A DNA stretch of 64,000 nucleotides. Source: an uncultured delta proteobacterium. Its GTDB lineage: Bacteria; Desulfobacterota; Syntrophia; Syntrophales; UBA2185. The notes beneath the pieces are model-generated. The model did not search any database, was not told the origin of the DNA, and worked only from the letters and a program-made list of their open reading frames with translations. Every line of letters begins with the position of its first letter. Position 1 is the first letter of the stretch. The stretch is from the NCBI GenBank assembly GCA_963729715.1, contig CAVSPA010000006.1:160001-224000 (forward strand), given 5' to 3'. The translations under genes were made by a program, and so were the position numbers. This document shows positions 52,324-63,074 of this stretch, piece by piece.

Positions 52324-53414
52324 AGAAGATAAAGGTCAATCTGGATAAAAAAGTTACCGCCTCCTATGAGATATGCATCGGATATGACGTTCTGGACCGG
52401 ATAGGGCTGCTCATCGCGAAACATATGCCGGCCCTTCGTTACATCATCATTACTGATGTCAACGTCTCAGCCATCTATGGAAAGATGCTTCTCGACAGAT
52501 TGAAGGGCATGGCGCTTCCGGCGGATATGATCGAATTTCCTGCAGGGGAGGATGCAAAAAGCATCGGCGCGACCGTAGCCATAGTCGAGAGACTGATAAA
52601 ACTTGGAGCTGACAGAAAGTCCGCTCTTCTTGCCCTGGGAGGTGGAGTCGTCGGTGACGTGACAGGTTTTATCGCGTCCACGTTCATGAGGTCTGTTCCC
52701 TATATCCAGATTCCCACAACCCTTGTGGCCCAGGTGGACAGCAGCATCGGCGGGAAGACCGCCATCAATCTTCCGGAAGGGAAAAACCTGCTCGGGACCT
52801 TTTACCAGCCGAGAGGAGTGTTCATTGACGTGAAGTTTCTGGATACACTTCCCGAAGAAGATATGAGCAGCGGCCTTGCGGAGGCGATCAAATACGGCGT
52901 AATTGATAGTGTGGAGTTCTTTAATTTTTTGGAGCGAGATATTGAGGCAATCAAAGAGAGGGATCGGGATGTTCTCGAGGAAATCATTGAGAATGCGTGC
53001 AGGATAAAAAAGGGTATCGTAGAGATAGATGAAAAGGAGATGGGGCTTCGCCGTGTGCTCAACTTTGGTCACACTATAGGACACGCCATCGAAGCGGAGT
53101 CCCATTATACCGTGTCGCATGGGGCCGCCGTCTCCCTGGGCATGGTCGCTGCCGCAAGGATTTCAGAGGGCATGCATGATTTTCCCCGCAGGGATCGGAA
53201 GAGGATTGAACACCTGCTGGAAAGTGCGGGTCTTCCCTGCCGTATTCCGCAAACTCTAACAACGGATGGTATTATGGCGAGGTTAAGAGCGGACAAGAAA
53301 AAAGAAGGTGATAGGATTCATTTCGTCCTGCTTAAAAAGATGGGAATGCCTTTCATAAACGGGGGCGTCCCTGAATCGATTCTGTGTGAAACGCTGGAGG
53401 AAATGAAAAAATGA
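52320..53414 (+). CDS. aroB: 3-dehydroquinate synthase
   Basis: [33 protein letters not shown]. Confidence 0.97.
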   Translation: MKKIKVNLDKKVTASYEICIGYDVLDRIGLLIAKHMPALRYIIITDVNVSAIYGKMLLDRLKGMALPADMIEFPAGEDAKSIGATVAIVERLIKLGADRKSALLALGGGVVGDVTGFIASTFMRSVPYIQIPTTLVAQVDSSIGGKTAINLPEGKNLLGTFYQPRGVFIDVKFLDTLPEEDMSSGLAEAIKYGVIDSVEFFNFLERDIEAIKERDRDVLEEIIENACRIKKGIVEIDEKEMGLRRVLNFGHTIGHAIEAESHYTVSHGAAVSLGMVAAARISEGMHDFPRRDRKRIEHLLESAGLPCRIPQTLTTDGIMARLRADKKKEGDRIHFVLLKKMGMPFINGGVPESILCETLEEMKK

Positions 53415-54493
53415 GATTATCATTACTTGATCGCCTCCGGCGTGATCTCAAGGAAACGGACGGCAGGATCGTAAAGCTGCTCAATGAGAGAGCTTTACTA
53501 TCCATGAAAATAGGAAGCGATAAGGCAAGAAAGGGACTGGATGTGTTCGATGCCTCGCAGGAAGCGAAACTTCTTGCATACCTGGCAAAGGTCAACGAAG
53601 GGGCGCTGCCGGAGAAATATCTGAAGGCCATATTTAGGGAGATCATTTCCGCTTCGCGGGCCTTGCAGAAGCCAGTTACAGTGGCCTTTCTGGGACCGCA
53701 CGCGACATTCAGCCATCTCGCTGCAGAGGATTATTTCGGTACGAGCAGCGGCTTCATCCCTCAGGCAAGTATCTTTCATGTCTTTGACGAAGTTGAGAAA
53801 GGGAAGGTGCAATGGGGGGTTGTCCCCGTGGAGAATTCCCTCGAAGGTTCCGTCAAATTGACCCTTGATCGATTGATATTGACCCCCCTTACGATTCGGG
53901 CGGAGATTTTTCTGAGGATCAGCCACTGCCTGCTTGCGCCGATGAAGAGACTGGACAGGATCAAGCGGGTCTATTCGATTCCCCAGGTGCTGGCGCAGTG
54001 CCAGGGATGGCTCCGCACCAATCTTCCCCGGTGTGCGCTTGCTGAAACAGAAAGCACCGCTGCTGCAGTCCGGATTGTCCGGGACTGTAAAGATGGCGCC
54101 GCCATAGGAAGTCGCCTCGCTGCCGCCACGTACGGGCTCAATATACTTTCGGAAGGCATCGAAGACAATCCATCGAATACGACGCGATTTCTGGTCATAG
54201 GAGAAGGTGAAAGCAACATGACGGGAACAGATAAGACGTCAATCCTCTTCAGTACCCGCCATGTGCCGGGCGCCCTGTATCATGCGCTGGAGCCATTTGT
54301 TCTGCAGCGGATTAACCTGATGAAGCTCGAATCATATCCCCTCAAGGAGAGGTTATGGGAGTATCTCTTCTTTGTTGATTTTTCCGGTCATACAGATGAT
54401 CCCGAAATCAGAAGATGCATTAAAGCCGTAAGGAGGAAGACCAATTTCCTGAAGGTCCTCGGATCTTATCCCAGGGGCGAGGAAACACGATGA
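53411..54493 (+). CDS. pheA: Chorismate mutase/prephenate dehydratase (P-protein)
   Basis: AroQ-type N-terminus, PVENSLEG, NTTRF, ACT domain, LGSYP. Confidence 0.93.
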   Translation: MRLSLLDRLRRDLKETDGRIVKLLNERALLSMKIGSDKARKGLDVFDASQEAKLLAYLAKVNEGALPEKYLKAIFREIISASRALQKPVTVAFLGPHATFSHLAAEDYFGTSSGFIPQASIFHVFDEVEKGKVQWGVVPVENSLEGSVKLTLDRLILTPLTIRAEIFLRISHCLLAPMKRLDRIKRVYSIPQVLAQCQGWLRTNLPRCALAETESTAAAVRIVRDCKDGAAIGSRLAAATYGLNILSEGIEDNPSNTTRFLVIGEGESNMTGTDKTSILFSTRHVPGALYHALEPFVLQRINLMKLESYPLKERLWEYLFFVDFSGHTDDPEIRRCIKAVRRKTNFLKVLGSYPRGEETR

Positions 54494-56025
54494 TCTGTAT
54501 TCCCATCACAGGAAACACACAGGAAGGAGCCATGCTCCAGATAGAGATGGGCTTGTCATGCGCCCATGTGTTAGAATTAAGAATGGATTTGATTAGTGGA
54601 GACTTAAAGACGTTGATGGAAAAGTGCAGATCGTCTCGAAAGCCTGTCAAGATACTGGTCACAAACAGGAGAAAGGAATCTTTATCGTCTGTCAAAATTT
54701 CAGGCGAGAGACGGAGGATCGCTCTGCTGAAGGAGGCTGTCCACCTTGGCGCGGATTATGTGGACGTTGAACTCTATACACCCGATGCTTTGCGGAAAGA
54801 TGTGCTGGCGACGGTGAGCGCCCATGGAAACAGGACCAGGATGATTATTTCGCATCATGATTTCAGCAAAACGCCGTCATTAGAAATATTGAAAAACATT
54901 TTCCATGACTGCGTGGAATGCGGCGCCGGTGTTGCTAAAATAGTCACTCTTGCAAAAAGTTCGGAGGATAACCTTACGGTTCTCAGCCTGCTCCCTTACG
55001 CCCGTGATAGAAAGAATGATCTCATCGCGTTCTGTATGGGGGAAGAGGGAAGGGAAAGCAGGATAATGGCGCCCCTCCTTGGTTCTTATCTCAGTTTCGC
55101 CTCGCTGAAGGACGGACTGGCCTCAGCATCTGGTCAACTTACCGTCGGTGAGATGGAAGATGTCCTGAATATCGCCGGTCATGATATTCACAGGAAGGGC
55201 AAGTTATCCGTGCCCCCGGATGCGAGGCTTTTTTGTCTTTTGGGAAATCCTGTGAATCAGAGTCTCTCGCCCTTGATGCATGATGCGGCGCTCAAAAAGA
55301 TGAAAATCGTGGCTAAGTATTTGCCATTCTGCATCCAGGATATTGGCTCTGCCGCAATGGGCATCAGGGGTAGTGGCATCTGCGGTGCAAGTGTAACCGT
55401 ACCTTTTAAGGTTGCCGTCTTGGAACATCTCGATGAAGCAGATGCTGACGCGCGGAAGATCGGAGCAGTAAATACCATCGTCAATGACAACGGCAGGCTG
55501 AAGGGCTTCAATACCGACTGGATTGGTCTTGTTCGATCCATCAGCGAAGTTACAGATATCAAAGGGAAGGTGTTCGCCATTTTGGGAGCCGGCGGAGCCG
55601 CGCGGGCCGCTGTTTTCGGCATCGAGAGAGAAGGGGGCATTCCAGTTATCGTCAATAGAAATGTCGCCAGGGGGGAAAACCTGGCAAAAGAGTGCGGATG
55701 CTCTTTTTACCCTCTTTCGGAGTCGAGCAGGGTCAGGGCGGATTGTCTGATCAATACAACACCCGTGGGCATGACACCGAATGTGGATGAATCTCCCGTC
55801 AGCAGCGCGATTCTTGTTAATTACCAGTGGGTCATGGACGTTATCTATAATCCTCTGAAGACGAGACTGATGCGCGATGCTGAAAATGCAGGGTGTATAA
55901 CCGTACCGGGCCTCGGCATGTTCGTTCATCAAGGAGCGGAACAGATCAGGCTCTGGACGGGACAGGAAGCCCCGAGAGAGTTTATGAAGCAGGTCGTGAG
56001 GGAGCGCCTTTTATATGGAAATTAA
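54490..56025 (+). CDS. aroDE: Fused type I dehydroquinase + shikimate dehydrogenase
   Basis: ELRMD, DYVDVE, SHHDF, MG..G..SR; SLSP.MH, VTVPFK, GAVNT, NTD, GAGGAA. Confidence 0.93.
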   Translation: MICIPITGNTQEGAMLQIEMGLSCAHVLELRMDLISGDLKTLMEKCRSSRKPVKILVTNRRKESLSSVKISGERRRIALLKEAVHLGADYVDVELYTPDALRKDVLATVSAHGNRTRMIISHHDFSKTPSLEILKNIFHDCVECGAGVAKIVTLAKSSEDNLTVLSLLPYARDRKNDLIAFCMGEEGRESRIMAPLLGSYLSFASLKDGLASASGQLTVGEMEDVLNIAGHDIHRKGKLSVPPDARLFCLLGNPVNQSLSPLMHDAALKKMKIVAKYLPFCIQDIGSAAMGIRGSGICGASVTVPFKVAVLEHLDEADADARKIGAVNTIVNDNGRLKGFNTDWIGLVRSISEVTDIKGKVFAILGAGGAARAAVFGIEREGGIPVIVNRNVARGENLAKECGCSFYPLSESSRVRADCLINTTPVGMTPNVDESPVSSAILVNYQWVMDVIYNPLKTRLMRDAENAGCITVPGLGMFVHQGAEQIRLWTGQEAPREFMKQVVRERLLYGN

Positions 56026-57274
56026 GCTGGTTCATCGTTTGAATGCAACTGTCGAGGTTCCCGGTTCCAAGAGTTACACGCAGAGGGCCCTTGTTGTTGC
56101 CTGCCTCGCGGAAGGCAGATCCATGCTAAGCAATGCGCTCATTTCGGAGGATACGAGATATTTTATAGAGGCGTTGCGTTTCCTTGGCGCTGAGATCATT
56201 ATCTCAGGGAACGATGTCACGGTCGCCGGAACAGGCGGTCATATGCATAATCCAGGACGGGTGATCATGCTGGGGAACAATGGGACGGCGCTGCGGTTTC
56301 TGACGACACTGGCCTCTCTGGGGAAGGGTGAGTATATTCTCGACGGCAGCAGCCGCCTTCGTGAAAGGCCTTTGGGGCCGCTTCTCCGCGCCCTGAAAAT
56401 CCTGGGAGTTCAATTTCAAAGCAGGGACGGCTATCCTCCGGTCAAGATCGTTACAGAAGGCTTAAACGGCGGCAACGTTGCCTTTGCAGATGTGGAGAGC
56501 AGCCAATATGTCTCGTCGCTCCTCATCGGCGCTCCTTACGCAGCGGGCGATATAGAAATTGCGCTCACAGGGAAGACAGTTTCCCAGCCCTACATAGACA
56601 TGACTGTGGACGTCATGGGGCGCTTTGGCGCGGAAGTAATCACGAGAGAAAAAAAATTATTCAATGTAAGAAGCAGGCGTCATTACAGGGGACAGAGGTA
56701 CATCATTGAAGGAGATGCATCCAGCGCCTCCTATTTTTTCCTGGCTGCCGCATTATGCCGCGGACGGGTCAAGGTCGTAAACATCAACCCGGCAAGCCTT
56801 CAGGGTGACATCAATATCCTGGGCATAATGGAAAGTCTTGGCTGTTCCGTAGTCCGTGGAGATCGTTGGGTCGAGGTTGTCGGCGGACCGTTACATGAAG
56901 GGGACGTCTTTTTCGACATGGGAAACATGCCTGACATGGTGCCGACCCTAGCGGTTCTTGCTGCATTCAGAGAGGGACAAACGACTATCACAAATGTTTC
57001 ACATCTGCGCGTTAAGGAAAGCGACCGTATAGTGGCGCTGGTAAGTGAACTAAAGAAGATCGGTGTGGCTGCAAGAGAAACGGCGGACGGCCTCATTGTC
57101 GTCGGAGGGAGACCGCATGGCGCCCATATTGAGACATACAACGATCATCGGATTGCCATGAGTTTCGCCATCGCAGGGCTTGCAGTGCCCGGGATCAGAA
57201 TAGAGGACAGGCATTGTGTGGGGAAATCATTTCCCGGATTCTGGACTGAGCTCTCAAGATTGTATGAGGATTAA
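56015..57274 (+). CDS. aroA: EPSP synthase
   Basis: PGSKS..QR, GTALRF, SSQYVS, RVKESDR, DHRIAM, KSFP. Confidence 0.97.
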   Translation: MEIKLVHRLNATVEVPGSKSYTQRALVVACLAEGRSMLSNALISEDTRYFIEALRFLGAEIIISGNDVTVAGTGGHMHNPGRVIMLGNNGTALRFLTTLASLGKGEYILDGSSRLRERPLGPLLRALKILGVQFQSRDGYPPVKIVTEGLNGGNVAFADVESSQYVSSLLIGAPYAAGDIEIALTGKTVSQPYIDMTVDVMGRFGAEVITREKKLFNVRSRRHYRGQRYIIEGDASSASYFFLAAALCRGRVKVVNINPASLQGDINILGIMESLGCSVVRGDRWVEVVGGPLHEGDVFFDMGNMPDMVPTLAVLAAFREGQTTITNVSHLRVKESDRIVALVSELKKIGVAARETADGLIVVGGRPHGAHIETYNDHRIAMSFAIAGLAVPGIRIEDRHCVGKSFPGFWTELSRLYED

Positions 57275-57835
57275 GTGCACATAGTACTGATTGGATACCG
57301 TGGAACGGGTAAATCTGCCGTGGGAAAAAGGCTTGCCGATAAGCTGCGCATGCCGTTCTATGATACGGATGAGCTTGTCGAGCAAGAGGCAGGGATGTCG
57401 ATCCGGGACATGGTAGCGGAAAAAGGCTGGGCATATTTCCGGAAGAGAGAGCGTGAGATTGTCAGGAAGCTGGCGCTTCTGCAAAGAGGCGTTGTGGCGA
57501 CAGGCGGCGGGGCGGTCACGGATGAGGGCAATTGCGGCATTATTAAAGAGCACGGTTTATTGATCTGGCTTAGGGCTGATGTGATGACGATGGTTGAAAG
57601 AATGAGGGACGATGCGGCGAGTGAAGAAAGGCGGCCTGCCTTTTTGCATGATGATGTCTTTCGGGAGACAGAAGATGTCCTAAAGCAACGGATACCGGTA
57701 TACAGGGGGCTGGCGGATTTTTCGCTGGATACAACGGGTAAGAACATAGATGAAATAGTCAACGCTGTCTGTGAATTTCTGAACGGAGCAGGCGGATTTA
57801 TCAGCAAGGAATCAACATGTCAGGAAATTCCATAG
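57275..57835 (+). CDS. aroK: Shikimate kinase
   Basis: GYRGTGKS, DTD, GW.YFR..E, ATGGG. Confidence 0.93.
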   Translation: MHIVLIGYRGTGKSAVGKRLADKLRMPFYDTDELVEQEAGMSIRDMVAEKGWAYFRKREREIVRKLALLQRGVVATGGGAVTDEGNCGIIKEHGLLIWLRADVMTMVERMRDDAASEERRPAFLHDDVFRETEDVLKQRIPVYRGLADFSLDTTGKNIDEIVNAVCEFLNGAGGFISKESTCQEIP

Positions 57836-58890
57836 GCGTTTTCTTTAGAGTGACAACCTGGGGTGAATCACATGGTCCCGCAACTGGTGCGGTTGTGGAC
57901 GGATGTCCTCCCGGTATTGGCCTTGTAGAAGAAGACATTCAGAAATGGCTGAACAGGAGAAGACCGGGCAGGATCGCCTCAAGTTCGCCCCGTAAGGAAA
58001 ACGATATAGTTAAAATACTATCGGGGACTTTTCAGGGAAAGACCACGGGTACGCCCATTTCCCTGATTATGGAGAACATGGACGTTCACGGCAGCGCCTA
58101 TGAAGACATCAGGGACGTCTTCAGACCCGGGCATGGTGATTTTACCTATTTCAAAAAGTACGGGATCCGCGATTACCGGGGCGGTGGACGTGCTTCGGGC
58201 CGGGAAACGGCAGCTCGCGTGGCTGCAGGGGCAATTGCGCAAAAAATCATTTCGCGCCTAGGTGTGGTAGTCATTGCCTATACGAAGGCGCTGGGAGGTA
58301 TTGTCATAGATCGAACGAAATACACAGCCGGAACAATCTTTCACGAAGATATAGCGGCAAATCACCTGCTGTGCCCAGATCTTGACGCTGCAAGGGTTAT
58401 GGAGGAGAAACTGGAGGAAGCGAGACTCTCCGGCGATTCCCTCGGCGGTATTGTTGAAATCATCGTGAGAGGATGCCCCCCGGGTCTGGGAGAACCGGTG
58501 TTTGATAAGATGGATGCCGACCTTGCGAAGGCACTCATGAGCATCGGGACGGTGAAGGGAGTGGAGATAGGGGCCGGCTTCAAAGTTGCCGAAATGACCG
58601 GGTCTCAGGCAAATGATCCCATGACGCCTGATAGTTTCCTTTCCAATCACGCCGGCGGCATACTGGCCGGCATTACGACAGGCCAAGATATCGTTTTGCG
58701 GGTGGCGGCGAAGCCTATCCCCTCGATTGCTAAAGTCCAGCAGACCATCGACATCCGGGGAAATCGAGTGGAATTGTCGCTCAAGGGGAGGCACGACGTA
58801 TCTGCAATACCCCGCATAATTCCTGTGTGCGAGGCGATGGTGACAATTGTGTTGGCGGATCATTTATTGAGGCAAAAGGCGATTTCATGA
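57817..58890 (+). CDS. aroC: Chorismate synthase
   Basis: GESHG, RPGHGD, GGGRASGRETA, N.AGGILAG, GRHD. Confidence 0.97.
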   Translation: MSGNSIGVFFRVTTWGESHGPATGAVVDGCPPGIGLVEEDIQKWLNRRRPGRIASSSPRKENDIVKILSGTFQGKTTGTPISLIMENMDVHGSAYEDIRDVFRPGHGDFTYFKKYGIRDYRGGGRASGRETAARVAAGAIAQKIISRLGVVVIAYTKALGGIVIDRTKYTAGTIFHEDIAANHLLCPDLDAARVMEEKLEEARLSGDSLGGIVEIIVRGCPPGLGEPVFDKMDADLAKALMSIGTVKGVEIGAGFKVAEMTGSQANDPMTPDSFLSNHAGGILAGITTGQDIVLRVAAKPIPSIAKVQQTIDIRGNRVELSLKGRHDVSAIPRIIPVCEAMVTIVLADHLLRQKAIS

Positions 58891-59666
58891 ATACCAAGAT
58901 AGGCATCATTGGCGGCACCCGCGGCATGGGCTGTTGGTTCGTCCGTTTCCTCGAGAAGGAGGGACACGCCGTGCGCGTGTGCGGAAGGAATATGAGTCAG
59001 TCGGATATTGCCAAAATGGCCGATACATGTGACGTGGTAGTTGTGAGTGTCCCCATGGGGGCAACCGGCAATGTTATTGCGAAGGTTGGTCCGCATATGC
59101 GCGCGGCCTCTCTTCTCATGGATCTCACATCTCTGAAGCGGGATTCCGTCAAGTCTATGTTGGAAACATCCGTTTCCGCGGTGATTGGATGCCATCCCCT
59201 CTTCGGTCCCAGGGTTGATTCCATCACGGGGCAGCATGTTGTCCTCTGTCCTGCGCGAGCGGGGAAGTGGCTTTCCTGGCTTACGGACATCTTTGAGAGG
59301 AACGGTGCGCTTATGGTGGAAACGACGCCGGAAAAACATGACCAAATGATGGCCATCGTTCAGGGACTCAATCATTTCAATACAATCATGATGGGTCTGA
59401 TTTTGAGCGAGGCGGGGGTGAACCTGTCAGAGTTAATGAAGTTCTCCACACCGGTCTTTCGGGAGAAGATGGAAATCTTGGAAAGAGTATTTTGTCAAAA
59501 TTCCGGGCTCTATGCCGACATCTTAACGATGAATCCTGAGATTCATCGGCATATCGACGCATACGAACAAAACGTAGCTCAACTGAAAAATCTAATCCTT
59601 CACGGAAATAGCGCGGGTCTTGCAGATGTGATTGAGAAGCACGCCCCTTTCTTTAAAGTCGTCTGA
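58887..59666 (+). CDS. tyrA: Prephenate/arogenate dehydrogenase
   Basis: IIGGTRGMG, DLTSLK, HPLFGP, HDQMMA.VQGL.H; ATGA coupling to aroC. Confidence 0.92.
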   Translation: MNTKIGIIGGTRGMGCWFVRFLEKEGHAVRVCGRNMSQSDIAKMADTCDVVVVSVPMGATGNVIAKVGPHMRAASLLMDLTSLKRDSVKSMLETSVSAVIGCHPLFGPRVDSITGQHVVLCPARAGKWLSWLTDIFERNGALMVETTPEKHDQMMAIVQGLNHFNTIMMGLILSEAGVNLSELMKFSTPVFREKMEILERVFCQNSGLYADILTMNPEIHRHIDAYEQNVAQLKNLILHGNSAGLADVIEKHAPFFKVV

Positions 59667-59681
59667 GCAGGACGCAGAAGA

Positions 59682-60467
59682 TCAGGATTCGCCCGCCGAT
59701 TTCTTTTGGACGAAACTGTCACGGAAGGCGCGGGATATCTTGGTTTCCTTCATGTAGCTCGCAGCCTCTTCCATGGACGAAAAATTTCCGAGCAATATCC
59801 TGTGCCAAATTCCCCGTCCCCGTATATTGACCGTCTCCATACGAACATCGGGCAGCTTCTTCTTCATATCGTCCACAAATCCCGCTGCCGCATCTTTCTT
59901 ATTTTCAGGAAACGCCCTTATTTGAATGGCGTATTTCAGTTCACTTCGTGCGTTTGAAGGTGCAGCTGCGGCTGGAGGAACCTCGGCAGGGGTTTTGGCT
60001 TGATTTATCTCAGGGGGTAATACCGCCGGTGATTGAGCCATCTGTATTTCCGGGACGGCGCTTTTCACCTCCGCCGGAATAGGGGGTCGCAGCCATTCGG
60101 CTCCATCAAAATATGCTGCTTCTCCCGTGAGCCTGTTAATCCTGAGCGGATAGACCTTCCCTTCAATATTCAGCGCATCGTAATGGTAAAAGACAGGCCA
60201 GTAAAATATAGTAATCAGGCCGAGAATAAGAGCAGGCAACAATGCGAAGAGGATGCGGGAAGATCGAAACCTGCGCCCCTCTTTCCTCTGCAGGGGCCAT
60301 TTCTCTGCCCCGGTATTAAGCTCTGGTTCTTCAGTCACCAGCGCTTCGGTTTTCAATTGCTGCGGAGTATGAAAGACCTCCTCCGATTGATCGCGGATTG
60401 AGACCTTTCGATACAGGGAGTCCAGCTCCTCTTCGAGTTCAACCTCTTTCTGGTCCCCTTTTTCCAT
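59682..60467 (-). CDS. Single-TM SPOR-domain protein
   Basis: TM, Pro/Ala linker, YAIQIRAF...WHRILLGNF. Confidence 0.8.
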   Translation of the reverse strand: MEKGDQKEVELEEELDSLYRKVSIRDQSEEVFHTPQQLKTEALVTEEPELNTGAEKWPLQRKEGRRFRSSRILFALLPALILGLITIFYWPVFYHYDALNIEGKVYPLRINRLTGEAAYFDGAEWLRPPIPAEVKSAVPEIQMAQSPAVLPPEINQAKTPAEVPPAAAAPSNARSELKYAIQIRAFPENKKDAAAGFVDDMKKKLPDVRMETVNIRGRGIWHRILLGNFSSMEEAASYMKETKISRAFRDSFVQKKSAGES

Positions 60468-60601
60468 TGTATGCCTTTTTCATCGCGGGAGCACCCCGCA
60501 TGCCGCGCCTTTTGCAGATTATATAGGGAAGCATCATCCAATAAACATTTTCTTTGATGAGCAATCTATAAGTTCAAAGATTGCAATTGCACTCTAAAGA
60601 A

Positions 60602-61264
60602 TTATTTTCCCTCTCCCATGCGTTTGATAAAACCATTGACGACGGCGTTCTCATCAATTTGCAGATACCGCGCATATGATTTAAGGAAACCTTTTAGATA
60701 CACCGCAGGCGGGAAAAGTTCCAGGTTGTCTTCTTCTATCGCCCGAAGCATGCCGATTTGCACCTTAGTACTGTCCGCAATTTCCTCAAGGGGAATATCC
60801 AATTCAGTTCTTATCTTGTGGAGGTCCGCCCCGGTAAGTATATCCTGGCCCATGATTTCTTGTATGAGTATGTTTTGTGAGACCCGTTCTTTCAGTTCCT
60901 CAAGCCTTCTGGCAGGTTCAAACACATCAAAATGGACTTTCTTGAAATCATATATGGGTATCGGCTCTTTCATTTTGTTGTTGTATTGCCCGCCCTTATC
61001 CATCAATCCGAGCTCAATGAGCCTGCGATCATACTGTGCCCTGGATTCAAGGTCAATCAGGGCCAGATACGCCTTTTCCAAGAGGGAAAGTATCTCTTCT
61101 CTTTCCTCTTTTGAAAAAAAAGAATAACTGACGATGGATTCGTCCTGATAAAGTTCAAAGACCCTTTTGTAAGCGCGCCGTATCTCCAACGGCGATGCAT
61201 CAGGAGAGATTTCCAGGAGTTCATAGTAATTCTGTTCGCGGAACGGTTTCATTTTACCTTGCAC
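60602..61264 (-). CDS. J-domain-like (no HPD) + RodZ/XRE-like HTH protein
   Basis: NYYELLEISPDAS..EIRRAY, AY..L.D...R..YD; LEEIA..TK...LRAIEE...YLKGFLKSYA. Confidence 0.85.
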   Translation of the reverse strand: MQGKMKPFREQNYYELLEISPDASPLEIRRAYKRVFELYQDESIVSYSFFSKEEREEILSLLEKAYLALIDLESRAQYDRRLIELGLMDKGGQYNNKMKEPIPIYDFKKVHFDVFEPARRLEELKERVSQNILIQEIMGQDILTGADLHKIRTELDIPLEEIADSTKVQIGMLRAIEEDNLELFPPAVYLKGFLKSYARYLQIDENAVVNGFIKRMGEGK

Positions 61265-61280
61265 GATCCTCTATAAATTC

Positions 61281-62222
61281 CTAATCAACGGCATTTTGCA
61301 GGATTGGTTCTACTTCATTTACGGACAGTAGATTCTTGTGGCAATTTCTGAGGTCAAGGGTGGTCTGAGTATAGGGGTAGAGATCAAGAAAGGGAATCTT
61401 CTTGCAGACGGCGTTGTGAACCCGCTCATCAAAGCTGATGTTTCCGACAAAATGCATCTTCAGGGCGAGGTGTCTTTGGATAATCTTGCTGATCAATACC
61501 CCAATATTTTGGTTGTCCTGCTTTCTTAACTGGTTTAAGGCCAGCTTGAAGTTGAAGGCCTGCAGTTCATTTTCCAGGAGTTCACCCTTCTCGGCATCAA
61601 GCTCCTTCATGGTGTGGAGTAGAATGTCCGGGTTGCTTACAGTGGCCCTGCGGTCACGTTCTTGGGCTTCCTCGGCCAGCGCCCGGAAATTATGGCTGCT
61701 AAGGATTTGACGGATTTTCCGAAAATAAACAGAACGGATTAAGCGGTAAATGTTTTCTATGGAAGTCGGTTCGGGCGTTGTCACAAAGATGCCAGTGTCG
61801 GAGACCATAAAGAAATCTATGGTGTTAAAAGCAGTTCCCGCGCCGAGATCGAGCAGGATGTAGTCATAAGAGAGCTTGGAAATATTTCGTGTGATCTTTA
61901 ATTTCTGCTCGTGGGCAAGATTGGCGATGTCCAGATTATTCATCGCGCCACTGATGAGATAGAGGTTTGGAACAGGTGTGGGTTCGACTGTCTCCTGAAG
62001 CGTGCCCACCTTCTTATTTACGAAATCCGAGATGCTTTTTTCGGGATGAGGAAGACCGATAATGGTGTGGAGATTGGCTGCTCCGAGGTCAACATCAACC
62101 AGAAGGGTTTTATACCCTCCCTTCGCAAGCAGAATACCGAGATTGCCGGTAATGAAACTCTTGCCGGAGCCTCCCTTCCCACCTCCGATAGACCATATGT
62201 TAGGCATAGTTTTTCTCAGCAA
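61281..62222 (-). CDS. MinD/FlhG/ParA-family P-loop ATPase
   Basis: Deviant Walker A GGKGGSGKS, D.DLGAANLH, DLGAG, TPEPTSIEN.Y. Confidence 0.92.
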   Translation of the reverse strand: MLRKTMPNIWSIGGGKGGSGKSFITGNLGILLAKGGYKTLLVDVDLGAANLHTIIGLPHPEKSISDFVNKKVGTLQETVEPTPVPNLYLISGAMNNLDIANLAHEQKLKITRNISKLSYDYILLDLGAGTAFNTIDFFMVSDTGIFVTTPEPTSIENIYRLIRSVYFRKIRQILSSHNFRALAEEAQERDRRATVSNPDILLHTMKELDAEKGELLENELQAFNFKLALNQLRKQDNQNIGVLISKIIQRHLALKMHFVGNISFDERVHNAVCKKIPFLDLYPYTQTTLDLRNCHKNLLSVNEVEPILQNAVD

Positions 62223-62699
62223 TCTTGGTCAGATGGCTGAAGTATAAGAGAAAGAGTATCATATGTCAAGGGCGAGTCACTGCTCAAAATGGCTTTTTCC
62301 CGTCTCGACAAGCCGGAAAATTATATTTATACCATGACAGCATCGGTTTTCCAATTTATCGTGCGTGCAAATGCCGCCCTTCCAGACGTTTGATGTGTCT
62401 GGTTTGCGACTTTTCGCCCCACAGAGTGGAGTGTAATATCGGTCCCCGGCCGGCAGCAAAGAAAAATAATACTTGATTAAAATAAATTCTTCAATTAATT
62501 AGAAAAGTTATGCATAGAGACCCTTGCGAATGCATGCCTCATGTCATTGTGAGGTCAAGTCGCAGCCGCGGGCGCTGAGCGCAAAGACTTATTCGCGGAG
62601 CGTAAGAGGGATACGAAAGGGCTGACGTTTTCGAAGTAATTGTGTGATGCCTCCGTATGCTGAATTTGCATGCAGATTGGGGAAAATGGAGATTGACCA

Positions 62700-63074
62700 G
62701 TGATCGAAATTGATTTTGACAAAGGGAGTGGACTTGTGCCTGTTATAGTTCAGGACGTTGACACAGGAGAGGTTCTCATGCTTGCCTACATGAATCGGGA
62801 TGCCTGGCTGAAAACGCGTGAGACGGGCAAGGCGACATACTGGAGCAGGTCGAGAAATGAGCTGTGGGTCAAAGGTGAGACATCCGGGCATATTCAGATT
62901 GTCGAGGAAATTTTAGTTGACTGTGATTCTGACACTGTTCTTCTGAAAGTGAGGCAAGCAGGCGGTGCCGCGTGCCACACGGGCTACAGATCATGTTTCT
63001 TCAGAAGAGTCGTTAATGGAAAAACGGAGGTTATCGGGGAACGAATATTCAAACCGGAGGATGTCTACAAATGA
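62700..63074 (+). CDS. hisI: Phosphoribosyl-AMP cyclohydrolase
   Basis: WSRSR, KGETSG, DCDSD, ACHTG..SCF. Confidence 0.97.
   Translation: MIEIDFDKGSGLVPVIVQDVDTGEVLMLAYMNRDAWLKTRETGKATYWSRSRNELWVKGETSGHIQIVEEILVDCDSDTVLLKVRQAGGAACHTGYRSCFFRRVVNGKTEVIGERIFKPEDVYK

Noticed and set aside
62510..62578. His attenuator leader upstream of hisI (MHRDPCECMPHV...)
   Set aside because: Only two scattered His codons and no terminator with a U-tract
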